Source: Octopus vulgaris
Lineage: Eukaryota
Reading direction: 5' to 3'
DNA: 64,000 nucleotides
Assembly: GCA_951406725.2 (NCBI GenBank)
Contig: OX597818.1
Location: 5,332,001 to 5,396,000 of the forward strand
Each line of letters opens with the position of its first letter. The first letter of the stretch is position 1. The notes beneath the pieces are model-generated. The model ran no database searches. It saw only the letters and a list, made by a program, of their open reading frames with translations, and was not told where the DNA came from. The position numbers and the translations under genes were made by a program. Below, piece by piece: positions 51,281 to 64,000 of this stretch.

Positions 51281-51439
51281 TAAATTTTAGAAAATAAAAA
51301 TAAGAAATAAGTGGACATTTTACCGGTCAGTGTGTTAAATAATAAGGCACTGAAAGAGAATGACTCTCCCCAGACACAAGAGAATATGCTTCAACACACG
51401 AACTCATATAAAGAATCTTGCAAACCAAATCTAAAAGCG

Positions 51440-51479
<40 letters not shown>

Positions 51480-52939
51480 GTGCATACATACATACACACA
51501 CATACCTACATACATGCATATATGCGTACACATACACATGTATCTGTGTGTGTATCGGTGGATGTGTGTTTCTGTACGATGCTTAGATTGAAGAAATACA
51601 TTGGGGAAACTTCTAGGTTTACATATTCAAATAAATATATGCATACATATTCTAATTTCTCTCGAAAGGTATTAATTTCTGCTAAAGAAAATACCTTTTA
51701 TTTCGGCGCTGTTGTATGTCGAGATCCAATAAAAGAAGCAGCATTTAATGATGTTCGATATTGTTGCTGTCGCATCAACTGATGCGTTTTGCTGTTGCTG
51801 TAGAAGTTGTAGGTATTGTTCCTAATTCGTGCAGTAATCGCTATCGCCGTGGTTGCTTCCTGTTGCTGTTTACCTGCTGGTGTATTTGATGCTGTTGTTC
51901 TTCTGGTGGTGGCACTAGGTTAAGTCTTTAAACTTTCTGTCATTTGTCTATTGTTTGGTAGATAGCATTGATGTGATTGGTGCTTCAACAGCTTTTCGCT
52001 CATGTGTTTTCTACTCTGCACTACAAATAACATCTTCTGCTCTCCTGGGGTTTTTATTAAGGGTCTTGTCCAGTACCTCAGATTTCACCTGGTATAGGAT
52101 CTCTAAATACATCCCGATGTAATTGTCCTCTCAGTGTTTTTATATCGCTAAGAATGTTGATTTTCACTATACAATACATGTTTACACCCACCAGAAATCT
52201 ATTTCTGATGGTATATTCGAAACTCTCATCTTGGTCTCTCCAAGGTAGGTTTCTATCAGTGTGATATACCTTTCCTACGTGGAATTGAACTCACTCTAAT
52301 TCATGGCAATTGTTTCCTATTGAAAAATTACTTGTAAATAACCAAATCGCCTGGGATTTGTAAAAACCTCGATGTCCTTGGATATTTTCTGCTCGTTCTT
52401 GAACATATTCACTCCAACCTATTTTTTTTCATTAGTATTGATCCAAACACACATATTCTTTGCTCGGCTTGTCCCATAAGTTACAATGGGATCGTGCGTG
52501 TAACCTTTTTTTTCAGGTCATTCTGCTTTTTCCAGATTTCGCTGCTCCGTTGGAGGTATTCATGCTTTTATCTGTTGGTGTTGTTGCTTCTGTTGTTTAT
52601 TTTTTTCTTACTTCCGTTTTACTACTCAGTTCACTACTACGGCTGTAATGCTGTAGCTTCAAAGGCGTTGACAGCCTATTACTATATCCATTGCAAAATT
52701 ACCACCCATCCCACACTCCTCATGGCTGTCTTGGGTGAATATGTGGAAGCCATTTTAAACGTATTTGATTTGCAAAGCAAAAGTTCCTTTTTACTTCCAA
52801 AGTTTTGTTCTGGGTGGTAACAAAATGCATCAACCTATTCGGAACAAGTCATAGTGCCACGGAGCTTCCAAAATACTTTCAGCTACAGTAACGAAAAATA
52901 TCAACAGTAAGAACCACAGCACCAATAATAATTTCTAGT

Positions 52940-53125
52940 TTAGGGTGAAGGCGAGTATTTATGTAGGGTAGAAATACAACGAACCGAGGACTTGGATGGT
53001 GCTATATTTTATCAACCTAAAATGGATAAAAGGTAAATCTGACTTCAGTGGAATTTGAACTCAGAACGTAAAGAATTGGAATAAATATTCGCAACTACTT
53101 TTCAACGATCCAGTCATTTTGCCGG
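52940..53125 (-). mobile_element. Family 1 SINE, minus strand, degenerate
   Basis: ggaatttgaactcagaacgtaa is the reverse complement of ttacgttctgagttcaaattcc. Confidence 0.65.
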
Positions 53126-53289
53126 ACATACTACACCCGTATAATAGGCGCAATATTAGAAATAAATATCGACCATGCTATGTAAAAAGAGAAAAGAACT
53201 ATGACACTGCATCGGTAATATTACAGCACAATAATCATCAAATCTCCCAGGGCGATTACTATTCTTTCAGTTTTTATTTGTTCCCCTGA

Positions 53290-54420
53290 CTATGTGACCT
53301 TTCTCAGCAGTACCACCGTTTGTCGGCCCACAGAAATAGGAATCCTCCCGTTCCGCTGCCAGTTGCAGTTGATATCTGCTAAGAGGCCTACAAACAAATT
53401 TGGCATATAATAATAAAGCTGGTAGGGTAGACCATCGAACCGGGCGATTTGCCCCCCGTGCATCCCATCAACGCATTTCGTTTTTCCTCGGTTGTTATCG
53501 GCATCACGTAACGCCTCGCTCCAACTGCCGAGAGTCGTGCAATACTGTCGATGTTCCGCGCCACCATTCTTCCCAAACAGTTGGCCGAAGTGCTGCTGAA
53601 ATGCTGCACACATCTCAGGTTCAAGTACCGTGGCTTTGTTGTCACGGTGAGCCTCTGCTAATTGGGCCCATCGAGTGGCTTTAGTTTCCTTGTTTCTTAG
53701 AGCTTTACCTTAGATCTGATAATGCATCCTTCGTGGTTAGCGTTAAAGAATTGGTCAAGGACCAATCTCGCCCCCAGCACATGCGCTGCAAGGCCCCTTC
53801 TAAGTGCCTCTTCTAAGTTCCTAAGTTTCCCTCTATTCGATTTTCCTCTATCACTAGTGCTTTTCTAAACCTAATCGATTATATTCTAATTGCCCTTTAT
53901 CATTGCGTACCTTCATTTGTTATTGAGAATTGACCCCGTTAACGCCCGCTTAACTAATTCCTCATTGCGGTCTCTGTAAGCTTGGCACACCGGGCGTGAT
54001 GCATTCAGCTTCCAGTAATCGGATCCTTGTCTACATAGTCTATCTAAGCCGACTGTATAGATCACAAATTTGTGGTGTGTGTAGCCGACGATTTTAAAAA
54101 GTGGACAACCTACACCACTTATGTACTGGATGACCCGATGAGATGAGAGAGATCCACATTGGTACATACGGAAAATTTAGCCGTTACCTGTGAGACTTTT
54201 GAAATCATCTTAGCAGGTTTTCATGGCTTTTGCCCATCCCTCTTCTGTCCGCTAACCACACACTGCCCAATCGTGGCTCAAAGACAGCTGATAAGCTCCA
54301 AAGAATGTGACAATCCCAGGAAAACCTCAAAAGGGCTGCCCTGCTTCTGTCAGACCTCACACAGCCACTAGTCTGAAAGCACTCCCTTCGTTACTACTCA
54401 CATCCAGGAAGGGTCCAGGA
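53290..54420 (-). mobile_element. L1/Tx1-clade LINE ORF2 remnant (AP endonuclease to start of RT)
   Basis: Fragments LDVSSNEGSAFRLVAV, YTHHKFV (like SDH), DYWKLNAS, AFQQHFGQLF, GKSPG and DGLPYQLYY. Confidence 0.7.
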
Positions 54421-54585
54421 AGTCATTAGTATTCACGTCGTTAATATTCACGTACCGACTTCCTTCCAGGTATACGCTTAATATGTATATTAGTTTATCC
54501 AATGTATATTAGTTTATCCAATAACTATGATCAGCTATATACAGTGGCTATTTAAGCAATGTGTTCGAGGATGATTAATGGGTTA

Positions 54586-54639
54586 GATGGGTGCTGATAA
54601 AGGGGAAAAACCCACCGAAATATGGCATATACATCCATC
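54586..54639 (+). ncRNA. Type I hammerhead motif with a core substitution (CTGATAA)
   Basis: Stem I gatgggtg/catccatc (8 bp); stem II ggg/ccc; GAAA 54617-20; stem III ATATG-g-CATAT; AUA triplet ending at 54631. The G8-to-A change probably inactivates it. Confidence 0.65.
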
Positions 54640-57249
54640 ACCCAGTTTTCATCTTAGATTTCATTGTTTACATCTGACATCCTGTATACGAAACGTAGTA
54701 ACAAAAATCAGTGCTGGCTATAATTTCTATTGAATATCTGTGGAGATAACCGTAACAAATAATGTAAAGTCGCACTGCTGACGCAGTAGAACGCAATGTT
54801 GGCCTATAAAATCATTTAAAATACTTTATAGTATATAATGGTTTCATAACGAAATACCTGTAGCAGGGAAGTCGTAACACAGGTAATGCGTTCCTCTGCC
54901 CTTTAAAAGCTAGCGGCGGAGGAACACACATGACGACTTCTGCCCAGCCATAGGGCACAAATTCTTAACAAACTTTCTGTTGCTGCCTAGAAGTTGGAAG
55001 GCTAACACGCGATCGTCAACTGTCCAGTGACTCTGGTCACTCAAAACGACACGCTGATTGGTTACTTATACACTCACTTGGAAACGTCTTATTGCATTTT
55101 CTCTTTCACACAATGCATGGTTTGCTACTGCACATTAGTGAAGTAACTCTTCTCCGACAACATCAGTCCAGCAGATCGTTATTTCTATCGTCGCACACTT
55201 CTTTATACAGAACTGTCAAAACCATAATTACCTTTGTTTATTTGTTACACCGTGTTATCCACTCTTTAAATAAATCTGCATTATGTCAATTTCCAAAATG
55301 CCTTCTGATGATTTCATTTTCTCACACTGAGCAAGTATCTCTGTTACTAAAATCAGTGACCTGACGTGAGAATGTTTCATGATGAAACATTTATTAACAT
55401 TTAAAGTAAAAATGAAAAAAAGAATAGGGAGTACTAGCCGCATCACTGAACATTCACAGATGAACTCAGATGTGTAAATATTTTCATTCCATTTCCAAAA
55501 CACCGACTTATCTTCCAGTTTATGGTATTCCATGCACGTGCCTTCGCACTTGGATATATACATTTTCCCGCCAGCCGCCATTTGATACCGATTGCAACTC
55601 TGTTTCACTAGAGTTTAATTTTTTTTCTCGGTCAAGCGACAAGAACATGAAAAACAATGTGGACTAATTCCTATCTTCAGCATTATATGAAGATTCTTGT
55701 TCAAATTTCTTTCTGCTCATTTTGTTGCATTTTGTTGCATTCTTTTCATATTCTCATGTGCATCCATTCTGTAACATACCTTTTGACGCTGTGACACGCA
55801 CCCTACTCACACCTCATGTTGCACATTCAGTCTCTGATGCACAGCTTTTCTTTGGGAGATACTGCATCAGACTTTGCTATCGGTGTTGTTTTATGTTACT
55901 TCCAGCAGATACACGCGCACATTATGTTCTGCATGTTTTATCCTTCCTGTATTTAATGCATTGACACTTTAGTCTCTGCAGGCTCCCAATTGTAGCATCT
56001 GTAAGCGATTAATCGCTCTTGCAGGCTTGCAACACTTGTATCTACAAGCGACCCACCGCTCTTGCAGATTTAAAACTCTCTTGCCACTTCAGGCGACTCG
56101 CTGCTCCTGCAAGCAAACTTTTGGCACTGCTGATGGCCTAACAGCCAATATTTTCTGCAAGTGACCCACCGCTTTCGCAGACAAAATCTTGGCACTGCTT
56201 ATGTCTCAGCAACCAACATTCCACTCTCATACACTTTGACATTCGCATCCTGTAGATTCCAGTTTTCAGGACAGTTGCGATCACGTTTGCATGTCAGGTT
56301 TCGCTTGTTCTCTTTCGCTGAGACCAGATACTCGGACAGCAAACTACGAAGGTCTTCCTTCAGCTTCTTTATTATTATAGTGTACATTTGTTTTTGCTTT
56401 TCAGGGCTCCTTTTTCCTGTTACATATGTTTGTGAATATTCAATATTTTGCTTATGCCATTTTTTCCGAGATCAGATGGAACTCTGATCTGGAACATTCT
56501 TGGTAATTTTTTTACCGGTTCTAGACCGTTGTTTGCATGCTCCATGTTTATAATGTTCAAATTACTATTGTCTTGTATTTTAATGCGTGCTTAGCGTTCT
56601 ACAATCCCCGACTGGGTATCTGTAGTAGGGTAATCGAACTATTTCGCCCCTGCCTAACGACATACAGGTAATGTGTTCCTCTGCCCTTTAAAAGCTAGTG
56701 GTGGAGGAATACTCATGACGACTTCCGCCCAGCCGAAGGGCGCGAAAACAAAAAAAAAACTTTCAGTTGCTGCCTCGAAGCTGGAAGGTTAACACATGAT
56801 CATCAACTGACATGCTGATTGGTTATTTATACACTCACTTGGAAACGACTTATTGCATTTTCTCTTTCACACAAAGCATGGATTGTTACTGCTCATAAGT
56901 GAGGTAACTATTTTATTTGCCAGCATCAGTCCAGCAGATAGTTAATTCTATCGTCGCACACATCCTTATACACAAGAGAAAATCATAATTATCTTTATTT
57001 ATCTATTTATTACACCGTGTTATCCTCTCTTTAAATAAATCTGTTTTAAATTCCAAAAATGCCTTCTGATAATTTCATTTTCTCACTGAACAACTAGCTC
57101 TCTTACTAAATCACGTACCTACAAGTCATTAGTATTCACGTACCAGCTTCCAGGAATGCGTTTAATATGTAAATTCGTTTATCCAATAACTCTGCACTGC
57201 TATATATAGTGACTATTTAGCAACGTGTTGGAGGATGATCAATGGATCA

Positions 57250-57303
57250 GATGGGAGCTGATGAAAGGACAAAATCCACTGAAATATGGCACTTACACTC
57301 ATG
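57250..57303 (+). ncRNA. Type I hammerhead motif with canonical core and degenerate stems
   Basis: CTGATGA 57258-64, gga/tcc stem II and GAAA 57281-84, at the position paralogous to 54586-54639. Confidence 0.55.
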
Positions 57304-57419
57304 ACCCATTTTCCATCTTGATCTCGTTGCTTGTTTACATCTGACGTCTCACGTACGAAATGTAGTAGAGAAATCAGTGCTGGCTATAATTTGTATTGAC
57401 TATCTGTTGAGATAACCTT

Positions 57420-58213
57420 AAATGTTTTTGTTGTTGGCAGTGGTGTTGCTGCTGTGGATATTGTAGTCACAGTTGTTGCTGATGTTTACGAGGTTATCGG
57501 TTTTGGTTCTGTTGTTGGTGATGTTGCAGCTACCTACCTTCGTTGGTGTTCGGCCGTTGACAGAAGTGTATGTGGGGTGGAGGGGTCTTCCTTGTTTTGT
57601 TGTTGGCAGATGGCTTTTAGATGGTTTGTGTCCCTGCAGAGGGAGCACCTCGGCTTCTGCCTTCAATGAACACGTGGAGCTTGTTGTCATCTGATATAGA
57701 TTTCGTACTTTCAAAATCCAATTGGACCCATAATTCCATTATTTGTCCCATCGAGCTTTGCTGTTGCATTTTCCTTACCTTTAAAATATTCGCCTTGTCC
57801 ATGTTTAGGAGGACATCTGCTAACAACCAGTTGATATTTATTTCTAGTCGGATTTCTGTGGTTTTTAGTTTTTCCACTCTGCCACTCAGACATATGGGTA
57901 TTAAGAAGAGATCATTGTCTCTCAGTGTGGTGGTTGACTTTTTTCTGGCCTCTTCTTCTGTAGCGAATCTTACGTCTACCGTTCCATACCGATTAATTTT
58001 CGTAAGGTATGTCCCAGATTGGACACAAAGCCCTGTGAAGTTCTTCAAATTCCGACTTTTCACATCTGTACGTTTATAGGAGATTATTTTTTTCATTGTG
58101 ACTTCTACGTCAGTTTGAGGAGTATTCAGAAGTACTTCTCTCCCATTATATATGCTCACATAGCTTCTTGCATTTTTCAAATCGCTTGCTGAACAACACA
58201 GAAAATCTATCAC
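57420..58213 (-). pseudogene. LINE ORF1 (gag-like) remnant with a CCHC zinc knuckle
   Basis: 198-aa ORF with an RRM-like YGTVDVRFATEEEA segment. After a frameshift, PRCSLCRDTNHLKAIC fits CX2CX4HX4C (about 57605-57655). Confidence 0.65.
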
Positions 58214-58214
58214 T

Positions 58215-61200
58215 GAAGTGAAGCAGAAAGTTCTGAATGAGCTTGCAGTTGTAGGGCCTACGAATATGAATGATAGGGAACCACTCCATCAACTCTCAAA
58301 TGCACACCAATACAACACACAAATAAACATTGGCAACTGCGTTTACACGAGAATCATACAACTAAATCATGATCTTAATAAGATAAATGAAATGATTTAC
58401 TCTGTTGCTAAAGTAATCGAAAGACGCTGTTTAACTCCCCAAAAGCCAACAATACCAAATTCGAAACGAAATCAAACTGGAGGAGTAGAATTGAAACTGA
58501 AATTGAATCATTGCGACGGGAGATATCAATATTAACTGAGCTGATCTCTGGAAATGGTGTAAGATCAAGAAAAGGCAGGAAGATTGTGAGAAATTATGGA
58601 CTCACAACAAGAGAACTAATGTCAGCAAAAGAAATACTTAAACAAAAAGTTCAAGCAAAAGCTCAGATTTGAGAAAAGAATCAAATTCTACAAACAAAAT
58701 AAGATGTTCAAATCCAATGCCGAATCGTTTTACAGGGAAATAGGGAAAGAAAAAAATAGCCATTGAAAATCCACCCCCAATGGAAGAAGTTGAATACTTT
58801 TGGAAAAGGATCTGGGGTGATGAGAAACCATACAATGAAAATGCAAAGTGGATCAAACGCACCCAAGATGACGACAAAAATCAACAAGAACAGGTAAGAG
58901 AAGACATCTCAATCGCCGACCTAATGAGGGCACTAGCGAAAGCACATAAGTGAAAATCCCCTGTTATTGATAGAGTACCAAATTTCTGGCTCTTATCACT
59001 CTCGTCCGCATACTATTTAATAATACTATATTTAGTAATACTATTTAAAAGACCCGGCAAAAGCTCCCCATTGGATGGCAAATCGTATTGCTACCTCCTC
59101 CCCAAAAATAACGAACCGAAAGACCCAAACAACTGTCGGCCTATAATATGCTTATCTACTACCTATAAGATTTTGATATCTATTCTAGTAGAGAAAACAT
59201 ATACGTTTATGGAAGAGAATTACCTCTTTCCCACTGAACAAAAAGAATGCAGACTAGGCTCATACGGATTCAAAGATCAGCTGCTAATTAATCGCATGCT
59301 CCTTGAGAACTGCCATAAAAAGCGCAGAAATTTCAGCTCTTCATGGATTGATTATAAAAGAGCTTTTGACAGCATACCACATTCGTGGATTCTGAAATCG
59401 CCGGACATTTTCAAAATGTCTCCTGTGATTTCAGATTTTTTATAGTATAATGTATCACTATGGAACATGAAGCTCCAATTATATCATTCTAATGGAGTAT
59501 TGCGCTCAAACAAAATCAGCATAAACTGTGGCATTTTCCAAGGTGACTCACTTTCACCATTAATTTTCTGCATAGCACTAATACCATTCTCAAGTGAACT
59601 GAATAGAACAGGATATGGCAACAAAATTGACAACAGGAAAATAAGATATTTATTTTATATGGATGATTTAAAACTTTATGTCAAAGATGATGAAGTGCTT
59701 CAAGGACTACTACATACTGTGAAAGGATTCAGTGATGATATCGGGATGGAGTTTGGCCTTGAAAAGTGTGCCAAAGCCACGTTTAAGAAAGGGAAACTGG
59801 TAAAGTCAAGTTCAATCGAATTAGATGTCGAAACAGTAATAAAGGAACTTGAGCAGGAACAGACCTATAAATACCTAGGAATAAATGAAAGCTCTGGTAT
59901 CCAGCATGCAAGCATGAAAGAGAATGTTAGGAAGGAATGTTATAGAAGAGTTCGAGCAATCCTGAAGTCAGAGCTGAATGCATATAATAAGGTGTTAGCC
60001 ATAAATTCCTTAACAGTCCCAGTTGATCTTTATAGCTTTAATGTGCTTAACTGGAATACCAGTGAAATAATGAAAATTGACAGAAAAATCCGCAAGCTAC
60101 TGAATTGTAATAAAATGCATCATCCAAAGGCAGACGTGGACCGCCTTTACCTTCCAAGAGCTCAGGGAGTTCGAGGTTTGATCCAGCTTGAACTTACATA
60201 CAAAACTACCACAATCGGACTGGCCAACTACCTTGAAGCAACCAACGATTAGATGCTAAAACTTGTTGAAAAACATGAAAGACTGAAAAAACTTCACTAA
60301 AGAGAGCAAAAAAGTCGCTACTGATCTCTTAGATACCCACCAGATTGATCAGGTTGAAGGAAATGCGCTAACTGCTGCTGCAAAGAAAATAAAATTAATT
60401 GCACATGAAAAATTAGCTAGCATATGGGAACAGAAACCTCTGCATGGCAAGTATGTGGTCCGTAAGCAAAAAAGCTGATATCGACCAGAAACACACGCAC
60501 CAATGGTTACGAAGCTCAAAGCTAGAAGCAGAGAGTGAAGGTTTCATATTAGCTGCTCAAGACCAAAGCTTATTAACCTAGAACTACCTAGCCAATGTGA
60601 TAAAAAAATACAGCTGACCCCAAATGCCGAATCTGTAACGATGAGATTGAAACTATAGTCCACCTAATCTCAGGGTGTAGAGTCTTAGCACCTGTAGAAT
60701 ATAAAGCAAGACAACAGAGTCGGCCAGTATTTACATTGGACAATATGTCGGCATTCTAAAATCAAAACCGCTGACAAATAATATAAACACCATCCTGAAG
60801 CTGTGACTGAGGGAGAAAATATTTCGATTCTATGGGACTTCACCGTACATACCGACAAAACTATAAAAGCTAATAAACCGAATATTATTATAAAAGATCA
60901 GACAAAAAAGGTGTGTTTATTAATTTACATGAGTAATCCTTGCGATCACAATACAGCGGCGAAAGAATTTAACAAGATTAGTAAATATAAAGACTTGCTA
61001 ATGGAAATTGATAAAATGCGGCATCTCAAGTCTTACAGTACAAGTGATTGTAAGATCTCTAGGAATGATAAAAAAAAAGATACTGAAACCTATTTAAAAA
61101 TAATACCAGGCTTACCATCCTTATAGGAAGTGCAAAAAATCGTATTAACTGGAACGGCTCATGTATTGAGAAGAGCATTATCGCTGTGAAAACAACATCC

Positions 61201-61340
61201 ATTCATGAATTTATGTATTTATTAATTTTTAAATACATATTTCACCTGTGAATTTGCGCGTGTAATCTGGGAATGCATACAATGAGTTTCCCTGCCCTAG
61301 GTGTACGGAAAACACTCGGCGAGAAAAGGAAGAAAAAAAA
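58215..61340 (+). mobile_element. R4/Dong-like RLE LINE, family B, decayed
   Basis: NCRPIICL, WIDYKRAFDSIPHSW, GIFQGDSLSP, YMDDLKL, ILWDFTVHTDKTIKANKPNII and the EVQKIVLTGTAHVLRRALSL* end. The 3' UTR resembles 30750-30830. Confidence 0.93.
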
Positions 61341-61359
61341 TAATGATAATACATTTTAC

Positions 61360-64000
<2,641 letters not shown>

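Larger units (their letters stand above)
54420..57418 (+). repeat. Permuted repeat block: X(54420-54755), Y(54855-55360), Y'(56617-57120), X'(57123-57418)
   Basis: X and X' run from agtcattagtattcacgt to gagataacc; Y and Y' share acaggtaatg.gttcctctgcc...ttactaaa. The copies are clearly diverged. Confidence 0.85.

Noticed and set aside
55300-55395. CTGATGA...GAAA at the end of block Y
   Set aside because: The paralogous Y' has CTGATAA and lacks the downstream GAAA context, and there is no stem I.

Overview
AT-rich, microsatellite-dense animal genomic DNA. The SINE and LINE complement looks like a coleoid cephalopod (Octopus-like); this is an inference, not a database result. One probable host gene is visible on the minus strand: a large terminal exon at 5407-7383 plus a phase-compatible 75-nt exon at 14980-15054. 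It encodes an unrecognised His/Cys/Lys/Gln-rich protein ending in 23 tandem [N/D/G]KECxx hexapeptides. Most of the rest is mobile-element material: many R4/Dong-like restriction-like-endonuclease (RLE) LINEs of several families sitting in (TAA)n tracts in a fixed orientation (one near full-length copy at about 40.6-44.7 kb), Tc1/mariner, hAT-like, Helitron, RTE and L1/Tx1 remnants, and tRNA-derived SINEs. The most interesting signal is non-coding. Five type I hammerhead-ribozyme motifs, folded by eye, lie in three unrelated small elements: a perfect 128-bp palindrome carrying a hammerhead on each strand (10969-11096), a 561-bp unit present as 1.4 tandem copies inside (TA)n (28044-28833), and a permuted X-Y...Y'-X' repeat (54420-57418). 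These resemble Penelope pLTR or retrozyme-type elements. Boundaries of degenerate elements are approximate, and no searches or folding programs were run.
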